Shown here: in pieces, positions 37,430-48,900 of the stretch
Layout: every line of letters starts with the position of its first letter
How positions within the stretch are numbered: the first letter of the stretch is position 1
Source: Podarcis vaucheri
Taxonomy: Eukaryota
Reading direction: 5' to 3' (one strand)
DNA: 64,000 nucleotides
NCBI GenBank assembly: GCA_965113315.1
Contig: OZ220376.1
Program-made: the position numbers and the translations under genes
Notes under the pieces: generated by a model
Seen by the model: the letters and a program-made list of their open reading frames with translations, nothing else
What the model was told of the DNA's origin: nothing
Databases searched by the model: none

Positions 37430-37880
37430 CTCTTAAAATTGACTCAAAAAATGTTATTTATGTATGCCATTACTGCGGCCCATGTTTTGTTAGCCCAAAA
37501 ATGGAAAATGAGTGAGGTCCCAACTAAAGAAGGACTTGTTGACAGAATATGCACTGCTTGCAGATTTAACATATAGAATAAGAGAAGAAGAAGAACATAT
37601 GTTTAGAGAAGATTGGAAAACGTTTACTGAATGTGTGTGTGTGGGGGGGGAATTGTGTATACTAGAAAACTTTGGCAGCATTGAGATAAATTCAACCATG
37701 TAAATCAGTTTTGATGGATGTAATAATAATGGAATACTGAATGGTTTAGATTTTGTAAAATACACAGGGATTTATGATATGCAAAATGAACCATGGAAAG
37801 AGAAGATGGGAAGCTACTGATATTTCAAGGATATTTAAATGAGTATTTTAAATTGTAAAACAGAAAATTTAATAAAAATC
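37430..37880 (+). mobile_element. Degraded L1-type LINE 3' end
   Basis: LLAQKWK..PT and EYALLADLTYRIR..F..DWKTF resemble the reptilian L1 ORF2 C-terminus; AATAAAA tail. Confidence 0.55.
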
Positions 37881-37924
37881 CTCTAACTTAAAGTAGGAAA
37901 AAGAATTGGTTCAACCACCAATTA

Positions 37925-38504
37925 CCGTATTTTTCGCCCCATAGGACGCACTTTTTCCCCTCCAAAAATGAAGGGGAAATGTGTGTGCGTCCTTTGGGGC
38001 GAATGCAGGCTTTCGCTGAAGCCTGGAGAGCGAGAGGCATCGGTGCACACCGACCCCTCTCGCTCTCCAAGCTTCAGGAAGCTATCCGCGGGCTCACAAG
38101 GCTCCCGCGGGCTCACAAGGCTTGCGGGCAGCAGCCCGAAGCACGGGGGCGCCCTCCGGGTGTGCGCAAGCCTTGCGTGCCCAGCGGGAGGTCCCGCTGG
38201 GCGCGCGAGGCTTGGGGCGGCAGCCTGCCGCCCAAAGTACGGGGAGCCCTCCGGAGGGCGCCCCGTGCTTCGGGCGGGTGTCCACAAGCCTTGCGCGCCC
38301 GGCGGGAGGTCCCGCCGGGCGCGCGAGGCTTGGGGCAGCAGCCTGCAGCCCGAAGCACAGGGCGCCCCATGCTTCGGGCAGGTGTACGTAAGGCTTGGGG
38401 CGGCAGCCGCGGCTGGGGGGAATATATATTTTTTATTCATTTCCCCCCCAAAAAACCGAGGTGCGTCCTATGGGCCGGTGCGCCCTATAGGACGAAAAAT
38501 ACGG
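37925..38504. mobile_element. Tc2-type non-autonomous DNA transposon with GC-rich palindromic internal repeats
   Basis: TIRs CCGTATTTTTCGCCCCATAGGACGCAC / GTGCGCCCTATAGGACGAAAAATACGG; left TA target. Confidence 0.85.
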
Positions 38505-38953
38505 TGTATGCTGGCTAAACTGTTTGGCAACAAAGCAATGCCAAAGTCCTAGAGCCGGGCTACATTCACACCATTAAACCTAAAAGTCATGGCTGCCTCA
38601 AAGAATTCTGGGAGCTGAGAGTTGTTAGGGGGCTGCTCCAACTCCAACTCCCAAGACTGCCTCTGTAGAACAAAGAACCACAAACATGAGTAATATTAAC
38701 CATAACAAGACCAATAAAAGCCACTTGAAAAGCAAGCATGCATTTTTAAAAACAACACACACTTTTAAACAGTTGGTGAACATTGGGAGACTTCAGGGTG
38801 CAGATTTGGAAAAATCAGATAAACACTTGAGTCAGACCTCTGTAACTAAACACAGGTGAAAAATTAGCATGAAGAGGAGCCGGATTGAAAAGCAACTTGC
38901 ACCTTCAGAACACTATCACTCAGCCTGCCTGGTCCACAATTGTGCCGTTAAAC

Positions 38954-39190
38954 CAGGGGTCAGCAAACTTTTTCAGCAGGGGGCCGGTCCACTGTTCCTG
39001 AGGCCTCATGGCGGGCCAGACTATATTTTTTTGGGGGGGGAAATGAACAAATTCCTATGCCCCACAAATAACCCAGAGATGCCTTTTAAATAAAAGCACA
39101 CATTTTACTCATGTAAAAACATGCCGAGGGCCAGATTTAGAAGGCGATTGGGCCGGATCCGGCCCCCGGGCCTTAGTTTGCCTACCCATG
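38954..39190. mobile_element. hAT MITE
   Basis: CAGGGGTCAGCAAACT...AGTTTGCCTACCCATG; perfect 8-bp TSD CGTTAAAC. Confidence 0.88.
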
Positions 39191-41726
39191 CGTTAAACTA
39201 AAAACTAGCCCCCTGGTAGGAAGAACAGAGGAATTTACCTTATACCAAAACAAAGACCATTGCTCCATCTAGTTCAGTACTGTCCCCACCGACTGGCAGA
39301 TGATTTCTAAGATTTCAGGCAAAACTTCTTTCCGGTAGCTTAGAGGATTCCCCTTTGTTTGTAAGGGAAGCTACTAGGAAAATAGATTTATTGGGGGAGT
39401 GAATGAATCCATCCCGAGCCATAAAACAAAGCCCAGCTCCCTCTTCCCATTGCTCTTAAGAGAGTCTCAACCCACATTCTAGTCTCCTAGTTCCATTTTG
39501 CAACATTGACCCAGGACTGGTTGTCATGGTTTTTCCCGCTCTTTACTGACTAAGCCTTGCCCGCTTTGCATCTCCTGCACCTTCCTGCTCCAGACTTCTC
39601 GATTCCCATGCAACCACTTTAAGGAACCTGGGCTGCCTCCGCCACTGCCCTGGTCCACAGCTGGGGCAAGCAACACCCGCTTGTGGCTGTGGCCTTTCCT
39701 TAAAGACTCAGGCAACAGGGTGAGACAGCAGCAGCAGCAGCTTGTCAAATCTCCAGGATTGGCTGCAGGAGTTTCCTGAAGATGAAGGACAATTCCTGGA
39801 GGCCATATATGAGAGGATACTCTAAATTTTAGAGTCTAAAACAATTCTTTTTGAAGGCACTGCTAACTTAGTTTCTAGCAGCTGCCAGACTTTGTATTGC
39901 ACACACAAAAAAATGGAAGAATGATTTGTTGTCTTGAATTGTGGCATAAGAATTTGTGGAACCTTGCAGCTGCTGAAAATACACCCAACAATATTTTGTG
40001 TGATGAAAGAAGGCAAAGGACCAGTAGAACAATTTTATGCAAGTTGGTGTTCTTTCATTTCTGCCTTAAGATTCTCCTATTTCTTAACTTGCATTTTCTC
40101 CCCCCATTTCAGAAAACGAGTGCTGCCAAATGTCCAGGTTTCCCCAGACATATATGGGATTCTGACGTTGCAAATGGCATCCAGGGGGAAATATTGCAAA
40201 TTGGGGGGGGGGGGGAGTCCGGGGAAACCCGGCTGTATGGCAACACATTTCGGAATCAAAGGTTTTGCTTAAAAATGGTGGTCTCTCTTGGAATAAGCCC
40301 CAAATCGCTTCTTTTGGAGCTGCTGGCTTTCTCAGGTATGTGTGGCCACCTCAGCACTTGCCATGTCTAGGTGTCCTTATGTCTTGGTGCTGCTGTCTGC
40401 AGGTGAGATGATCGGTGGCATCAGAGCAAAGCGCTTCCAGGTGTGCTTGGTGTTCCTCCTCCTCCTCCTGCTCTTTTTGTGAGTTGTTTTTGGTGAGTTG
40501 GCAGCCCTACCAGAAAGGGCTAACTTAACTGGGCTTTTTGTTTTGTTTTGTCTCCAGCATGGCGACAGTGGCTTGCTTTAAGTTCCTCCGCCTCTTCAGA
40601 GTCCCCCCCCCCCCAAAGTTTAGGGCAAACAGTTCCCTAACCTCCCAGCTGCCCAGTGAGATAGACAGCCAGTTCCAAGGAACACTTGTAAGTAGCTGCT
40701 AATGAAGGAGGTGAGGACAGGTGACCCCACCTAGGCCCGAAGTCACCCCTCCTAAAGCAGGCTCAAAGCTTCTCAAAGCTTTTCAAAATCATTTTCTCAG
40801 CAGCTAAGCATCTGCTCATTTGCGCTGCTGTTGCAAGGCAAAATGTTATTCTTTTATCAGTACGAGAGAGCTTCAGAAAGCTAATGAATAGACTCTGTCA
40901 GAGCAGGCCTGAGAACTGCCTTTTATCTCATTCAGTTGCAACATCTTGGACATGCTGAACCACTCTCATTCACTTTTTCCTGGGAAGGGTGCCAAGAGTC
41001 CAATAGTCCCAAGACAGGAGCTTTCTGTACATGCTCAGGGGAACTCGAGGCAGGACTCTGGAAGAGGAGGGGAAAGGGGAGAGAACTAGAAGGGGAATAT
41101 ATACTCTGTGCAAATGACTGTGAACTCGTGCTTGTTTGTGAACTATCACACTCGCTCCTTCTACCAGTTCATGGATGGTAGAAATAAAGCTTTTTCTCCG
41201 GAACTATTCCTTGAGTGTCTGTTGACTCCCATTTCCCTTTCCCGGGTGCAATATTTTTCCCACCCGAGGGCAAAGCCTCATAAGGCTACACTTACTGCTT
41301 GCCAGCTATTCCTCTTGCTCTGGGGCAGGGGGTGAGTCCACGGGCTGAAGAGCACAGGCACTTGTTCAAAAAACAAAACAAAACAAACAAACCACAAAAG
41401 CAAGAAATGGGAGGGGCATAGCTTTTAGCGGTGTACAGCAGATATAAAGATTGCAACTGCCATAAGAAAGCAAGAAAGGTCAGTAAGGAGTTGACCAGTG
41501 ACAAAAAAATTGTCCTGTTGAAAAGGCCTCCTTGCAAAGGATGCTTAAGGGGCAGGCTGCAGAGGCGATTCATTTGCACGCACTAGCAAATCGAGGTGCG
41601 TCAGATCCTGTGTCACTATAACAATTTTGATAAGCTATGTTGTGCCTAGCTGCTATAAATTCTTTTCTGGACTCATTGTCGTTCTCATGATGTTCTGTGT
41701 GCTTTTGTTTTGTGGAATTCAGAGTA

Positions 41727-41967
41727 CAGTGGTACCTCGGTTTACAAACTTAATCCGTTCCGCAAGTCCGTTCTTAAACTGAAACCGTTCTTAAACCGAG
41801 GCGCGCTTTCCCTAATAAGACCTCCCGCCACTGGTGCCCTTCCACCATTTGGCTTCCCTTCTTAGACCAAGGTAAAGTTCGCTAAGCGGAACACTACTTC
41901 CGGTTTTGCGGAGTTCGTAAACCAAATAGTTCGTAAACAGGGCTGTTCTTAAACCGAGGTACCACTG
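41727..41967. mobile_element. Tc1/mariner-pogo-type MITE (related subfamily)
   Basis: TA-flanked CAGTGGTACCTCGGTTTA TIRs. Confidence 0.85.
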
Positions 41968-42629
41968 TATATTTTTGTATACTCTGTTGGAAGCCTCCCA
42001 GAGTGGCTAGGGCAACCCAGTCAGATGGGTGGGGTACAAATAATAAAATTGTTGTTGTTGTTGTTGTTGTTAGTAATATAGCATTTGGTGCTCTTGCACA
42101 ACATACCTGTATTGTAAAAGAAAGTAGTTGTGTTTTTTATATATATATAAAAAGGACTGTGGTTCAGCTTGTAATTTAATGACACTCCCTTAGCTTTAAG
42201 GACTTGACAATTTGAGGGCTTGCTCTGAGTTCCGTCACCTGGGCTGTTCCACAGGTCAGTTTTTCCCAAATGTACAACAATCCCATTCCCCTTTTGAGAG
42301 TTTAGTCGTTACCCGTAAACCCCTTCTTAGGTGAAGTGACCTTCGTTTTCATACCTTTGTTTTTCACTGCAAACTAATATTATCCAAATAGGAAAGCGAG
42401 ATGTTGTTGTTTGGTTGTTTAATTGGAAAGTGGGATATGAAATATTAAATAAACCTTAACAGTCATATGTCCTATATATATTACATGCAGCTGATGGGAC
42501 TGTGTGCATGAGCGCTTATGCACACACAAATGGTTTTTTAAAAAAATATTAGGTATGCAAGGGGCGGAGCTGTAGCCTATAATGCAGAAAGGCATTGCTC
42601 TGCCCACTTTTACTTCTGGCCCTGCCCAC

Positions 42630-42990
42630 CGCTGCTATGCGGCCCGCCGAAGGTTGACCTTGGAGGAAAGTGGCCCTCGGGCTGGAATAGACGCTACTCC
42701 CTCTCCCCTGACCCCCGAGGGCTTCCGCGATCCCCCTCCCACGCCGCCACGCCCTCTTGCCAATGCACCCGAGGACTACATTTCCCATCGCCCTTTGCAG
42801 CCCGGTCTGGCCTCGCCCTCGTGGCGCGGCGCTCAGCTGAGAGTCTCCGGCAGGAAGTTCCGCGGCTCCTGCGCTGGGCGCTTCCCCGAGATGCCTTTGC
42901 TGGTCAATGGGGAGCGGGTCGACTTGTCCCAGCCCACGAGGGAGCTGATCTACACCTTCCCGGAGCTGGAGGTGAGCTGCGAGCTGGCAG
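42630..42990 (+). promoter_or_regulatory. NTAN1 CpG-island promoter with ACTACA/SBS (ZNF143/THAP11-type) and ETS motifs
   Basis: ACTACATTTCCCATCGCCC at 42775-42793; CAGGAAGT at about 42851-42858; CpG-rich up to exon 1. Confidence 0.75.
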
Positions 42991-45900
42991 CTGATTATAG
43001 GGATTATTCATGAATAGAAGAAAGGGGGGCAGGGCTGAGGGTGTGAGTTGGAGCGTGCGTCCTTAGATGCAGATATTTAAAATAAAATGAAATGTCTTCC
43101 GTTTGCTCTGCTCCGGTGCTCTTCGGAGGCTGTGTCTCTGTGCACCGCTTACCTGGGAAAGTAGCGCCATTGAACTCTATGGGAGTTTTTAAAATAGAAA
43201 CAACAACGCCAGTGCAATCATGTGCATGCTTACTCTGAAGTAAGCCCCATCGAGTTCAATGGGAATGACTCTCAGGTAACAGTGTGTGTGTGTGTGCGCA
43301 CTTGTGCTTGTAAAGCAGCATTACGGGGATATTTAGTCCTCCAGATGTTGATCGCAGACTTGTAGACTTTGAAGGGACCACCAGGGTCAGCTTCCACAAT
43401 CAAGTGGCCTGTTGGCCACGCTTGCTGGTGATTATGGGAGTTGTAGTTCAGCAGCATCTGGAAAGCTATATGTTTTTACACCCACCCCTGGTGTAGTAGA
43501 GGATTGCAGCCTTACTTTTGAGCAAATATGCACTGGGACACAGGTGTTTGGAACACAATGCCAGGGTGCGTAAAGGTAAAGGGACCCCTGACCATTAGAT
43601 CCAGTCGTGACCAACTCTGGGGTCGCGGTGCTCATCTTGCTTTATCGGCCAAGGGAGCCAGCGTACAGCTTCCGGGTCATGTGGCCAGCATGACTAAGCC
43701 GCTTCTGGCGAACCAGAGCAGCGCATGGAAACGCCATTTACCTTCCCGCCAGAGCGGTACCTATTTATCTACTTGCACTTGGACGTGCTTTTGAACTGCT
43801 AGGTTGGCAGGAGCAGGGACCGACCAACGGGAGCTCACTCCATCACGGGGATTTGAACCACCGACCTTCTGATCGGCAAGTCCTAGGCTCTGTGGTTTAA
43901 CCCATAGATGCTCCCAAAAGGTGGTGTCTTCTAGCTTAAATACAGAGCCAGTGCAGTGCAGTGCAGTGGTTAGAGGGTCTGGGAGAACAGGGTTCAGTTC
44001 CCCACTCAGCCATGAAGCTCGCTGGTCGTCCTTACCTCCCAGGGTTGTTGTGGGGATTAAACAATGAGGGGAAGAACCATGTATGTGCCATGGAGAAAAA
44101 AGTAGGCTATAAATACAATCAGTCAAATATGCTGCACATTTAAGTGGCCATTGTTTGGTGTTAATGGTGTTAATGACTTGAGAGCTTGTTACTTTCAATT
44201 TATTTTGAATGTCCTGATGTAACTCTCGACTTCTATTTTGCATGGGCTGCTTTCAGGCTTTTCTCCACCGGCCTTCCCTTTTTTAAAAAAATGCAACCAA
44301 ATTTCCCCACCCCTGCTCTTTTTGCAGATGTTCTTTTCATGCCCTTCTTGTGTCTTCCTCAAACCTTCACTGATTTTCTCCCCTGCTCCCCGAAATACTT
44401 GAGAAACAGGTTCCCCCCCCATATACTTAATGGGGACGGCCCACCTTTTGGGGGCCAGACTGGAATTTTGGAATGTCTTTTATATCTCGCTTACTTGTCA
44501 CTTTCATATTCCTCCAAAGTGCTCAAGATGGCATTCATGGTTTTATCCTCACAGCAGCCATTTGAGGTAGGTTAGACTTGAGATGCAGTGACTGGCCCCA
44601 GGTCATTAGAGAGCTCCATGGCTGAGTGGGGATTCAAATCTTGGTATCCCAGGTTCCAGTCTGATGTTCCACAAAATGGCTACTGTATGTGTGCATTTGT
44701 GAAAGAGGAGAGAGATCACAAAATGGCTGCCACATCTAAAATACGGTGTGGGCTTGTTTTCCCTGTCAGTGGGGGAGAATGCACCCACATCAGCCAACCT
44801 CTTACAGAGAGCATTTTGTACCTCTGCTCCATTTGGAATGGAAGAGGATGTTCAATGTTGGTTCAATTCATGATTGGGAAGGTTCCTAATGTGGGAGAGG
44901 CCAAGCTAGGGCAAACAGGAACTGGGCAGGAAAACCAAAGGTCTCTTGTGAACTGTGGATTTTTTTGAGGGGATATTGACTGAGATCTTTCTTGGCCACC
45001 ATAAGAGGTACTGGTGGCAACATTGGCACCTGCAGGCAGCATGTCTGTGACCCCTGTTTTGGAATTTATTGCAAGCAGCCACTCCACGGAGGAAAATTCA
45101 GCCCATGCCTGGTTGTCATCTTGGCCCATAGGATGAAGCGGCTGGCTTTTGACGTGTCCTCACAAAATGGCCCAATATTGGTACATCACCACGGGCTGAA
45201 CTCTTCCCACCCCATGTTTGTTAGACCCTGGTGTGTTTATGGGAATAAATCCCCTGTGCAGTTCCAAGTGATTTGTCATTTGGCCTGGAAGATTTGCTTT
45301 GACAGCTGGATAGCTCCATTGGTTAGAGCTTGGTGCTGATAACACCAAGGCTGCAGGTTCGATCCCTGTAAGTGACAGCTGCATATTCCTGCATTGCAGG
45401 GGGCTGGGCAAGGTGATTCTCAGGGTCCCTTCCAACTCTTAAGGAAAGCTCTTGGGTTTTCGTTTGCTGATTTAGGTGCCAGAAATTATTTGTTTATTTA
45501 TTTGTAGACCACCTTGTCCCAAAATAATGCTTCTGAGTGGTTTGCGAAAGTATAAAAAAGCAGTTAACACAAAAAGTTAACTACGAACATCCATAATTGC
45601 AGCACACAGTCAAATGTTCCCATTCAAATGCAGTAAAATAGTTAAGAGTCTGGTTGGGAGACCACGGGCATGCCTGCGTAAACATGCACACCTTCAGCAT
45701 TGAGGGCTTCTGATCTCAGAACGATTGTGCTAGCTGGGAACCTAAATACGACTTTGCTTCCCCATTTTCTACAGGAACAAGCCAAAATCTTAAGAGGTCA
45801 GCCTGCTCAATCAGTGGGCCCCAAAGGACTTCTCTATGTCCAGCAGAGAGAATTTGCAGCCACCACTCCTAAGGATGGTAGGTTGGCGCTAAGGAAGTTC

Positions 45901-48900
45901 CACCCAAAAGTTAAGAAATAGCCGCCAGGACCTCACTTTTCCTTCTCCTCCTTTTCCCTCAGCTTCTGTCTCTATTCTCGGATCAGATGATGCAACCACC
46001 TGCCATTTGGTGGTCCTCAGACACACAGGTATGTCCTTGGGCTCTGGGTTCCTTGCTGCTTTTGAACTATGCCCCTGGATTTCGATGCCTCTGATTTACA
46101 GTGGTGCCCCGCAAGACGAATGCCTCGCAAGACGAAAAACGCGCTAGACGAAAGGGTTTTTCGTTTTTGCGTTGCTTCGCTAGACGAATTTCCCTATGGG
46201 CTTGCTTCGCAAGATGAAAACGTCTTGCAAGTGTTCCGATTTTTCCCCGCTTTCCACCCCTTTTTCTAAGCCGCTAAGCAGCTAATAGCCTTTTAGCCGC
46301 TAATCCGCTAATCCTTTAATAGCCGCTAAGCCTTTAATAGCCGCTAAGCCTTTAATAGCCGCTAAACCGCTAATAGCGCTAATCTGCTAAGCCGCTAATA
46401 GGGTTGCTTCGCAAGACGAAAAAACCGCTATTTTCGTCTTGCGAGGCACCACTGTATAGGGTTTTTCAGCCAGTACAACAGGTTTTGGCTGATGACATCC
46501 AAGTATTTGGGAAGGCAAGAAGCATTTTAAGAGTTGAGGGACATGCTTAACCAAGTATAAACTCTGGGGTGTGGCCCAGGGAGGGCTTTGAGCTCCAGAT
46601 AAGCTTGGAGTGCTACATATCTGTTGCGCCAGAGGCAGTTTAGTCATGCTGGCCGCATGACCTGGAAAGCTGTCTGTGGACAAGCACCAGCTCCCTCGGC
46701 CTGAAAGCGAGATGAGCGCCGCAACCCCATAGTCACCTTTGACTGGACTTAACCGTCCAGGGGTCCTTTACCTTTTTATCTTTTAAATACAGGTACCTTG
46801 AACCTGATAACGTACGGGCAGCAATTGCTGACTGTAGTTGCCATTGTCTGGAACATGCAAACCATCCATATTGTATTTTTGTTTCCCTCAGGCAGCGGGG
46901 CTATCTGTTTGACTCACTGCGATGGATCGGACACGGAGACAGAAGTTTTGTTAATCACAAATGCAGTGAAAGTGCTTTCTCCTAACACGGAATGTGGAAG
47001 GTCAGCTTTTCTCTTTAACTGTTGGTGGCTGTCAAGCAAACTGGAAAAGGGCAGATGATCAACTAACAGTTAATTTACTTAATATGGATATTTTATTTAT
47101 ATTTAATACCCCAACCTTTTTCTCCAAGGCGCTAAAGGTGGCATACATGGGTCTCCCCCACTTCCTCATTTAATCCCCACAACCACCCTGTGGGGTAGCT
47201 TAGGCTGAGAGGCCATGACTGGCGCAAGGTCACCCACTGAGCTTCATGGCCAAGTGGGCATTTGAACCCTCGTCTAGCCACTGTAACCACTAGGCCACAC
47301 TGCCCCTCCAAACTCTTCAGATATGTATGCCTTTTTGACAGTGTTTAAGGAAATTTGAGATGAAATAAACTGTGATAAGTTTGTTACCACTCAATAATAA
47401 GTGGGGAGGGGATGGACAGACAGACGACAGAAACCTGTAATAATTTATTTTACATTCCCAGTGTGATGTAGTGGTTAAGAGCAGTAGACTCGTAATCTGG
47501 TGAACCGGGTTCGCGTCTCCGCTCCTCCACATGCAGCTGCTGGGTGACCTTGGGCCAGTCACACTTCTTTGAAGTCTCTCAGCCCCACTCACCTCACAGA
47601 GTGTTTGTTGTGGGGGAGGAAGGGAAAGGAGAATGTTAGCCGCTTTGAGACTCCTTCGGGTAGTGATAAAGCGGGATATCAAATCCAAACTCTTCTTCTT
47701 CTTCCTCCTATTATATCAATTCACCACAATCAAGATAAGAGTAAAAGTGAATAAATGAATAAATAAAGCGCTTGATAAATTTCAGTGGATCCTACTCAAC
47801 TAAGGCTTTAGTCGATTAATCTGCCGGTGATAACAGGTTATATCTCCAGCTTCCGTCCTTGCTGTTAGGTTGGAAGTACACCTGATTGGAGGATTCAGCG
47901 ATGACAGGCACTTATCCCAGCGACTTACCAATCAGCTCCTGAGTAAGTTTGCATTCCTACTCCCTCTGTCAAAGTTTAGAATTCCGACTGGGTGCAGGTA
48001 AAGCTTGCAGAGCTTGTGAGAGGTTTACGCTGTTGGGGATAGCAAGGGCTCACACCAAATCCTGCATGTAGCTCCTCCATGGGGAGGGACAAAGAGGAAT
48101 GAATGGCACTTAAGCCCTGCCCACTGGGAATGCTGCTCAACCTCTGCTGTGCCACAGAGACTGGATTCAGACATTGCATCAAGCGGTGGAAGGATGTTTA
48201 AGGGTGGCCTGGCGTGATGGCTGAGCTGGCAAACCACGGTTTCTGATGAGTTGGCAAACTAGAATCTGACAGCACAGTTTCCAGAGGGTTGGCAAACCAT
48301 GGTTTGGGGCCTTTTTATTTTTGCTACAGTGGTTTGGCATGAAGCCCGAGTAGACACCTTAGAGCAGCCTTTCTCAACCATGGGCTCCCAGGTGATCTTG
48401 AACTACAACTCCATCATCCCTGATCACTGGCCATGCTGGCTAGGCCAGCAACATCTGGGGACTCAAGGTTGAGAAGGACTGCCCTAGAGTTATGAGCCTT
48501 ATGAGAGTTACGAGCCAGCTTGATATGGCTCTGAGGCCACAGCAATTCCCATTTCAATCAAGGTTTAAGCCAGGGGTCAGCAAACTTTTTCACTGTCCCT
48601 CAGACCTTGTGGGGGGCTGGACTATATTTTTTTGGGGGGGATGAATGAATTCCTATACCCCACAAATAACCCAGAGATGCATTTTGAATAAAAGCACACA
48701 TTCTACTCATGTAAAAACACACTGATTCCCATACCTTCCGCAGGCCGGATTTAAAAGGCGAATGGGCCGGATCCAGCCCCCAGGCCTTAGTTTACCTACC
48801 CATGGTTTAAGCCCTGTTTGCACCAATTCCCAGAGTCTCCTTGTAAGAGGGATTGATTGTTAAACCACTCTGGGAATTGTAGCTCTGTGAGGGAATAGGG

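Noticed and set aside
37922-38552. Six overlapping ORFs up to 194 aa
   Set aside because: They lie within a GC-rich palindromic DNA transposon and have no recognisable domain.
45304-45378. Apparent tRNA-Ile gene
   Set aside because: Degenerate stems, no oligo-T terminator, and fused to a CR1 tail; it is a SINE head.
46265-46400. Short repeat array that could suggest CRISPR
   Set aside because: Tandem 8-19-bp units without unique spacers, inside a MITE in a vertebrate genome.
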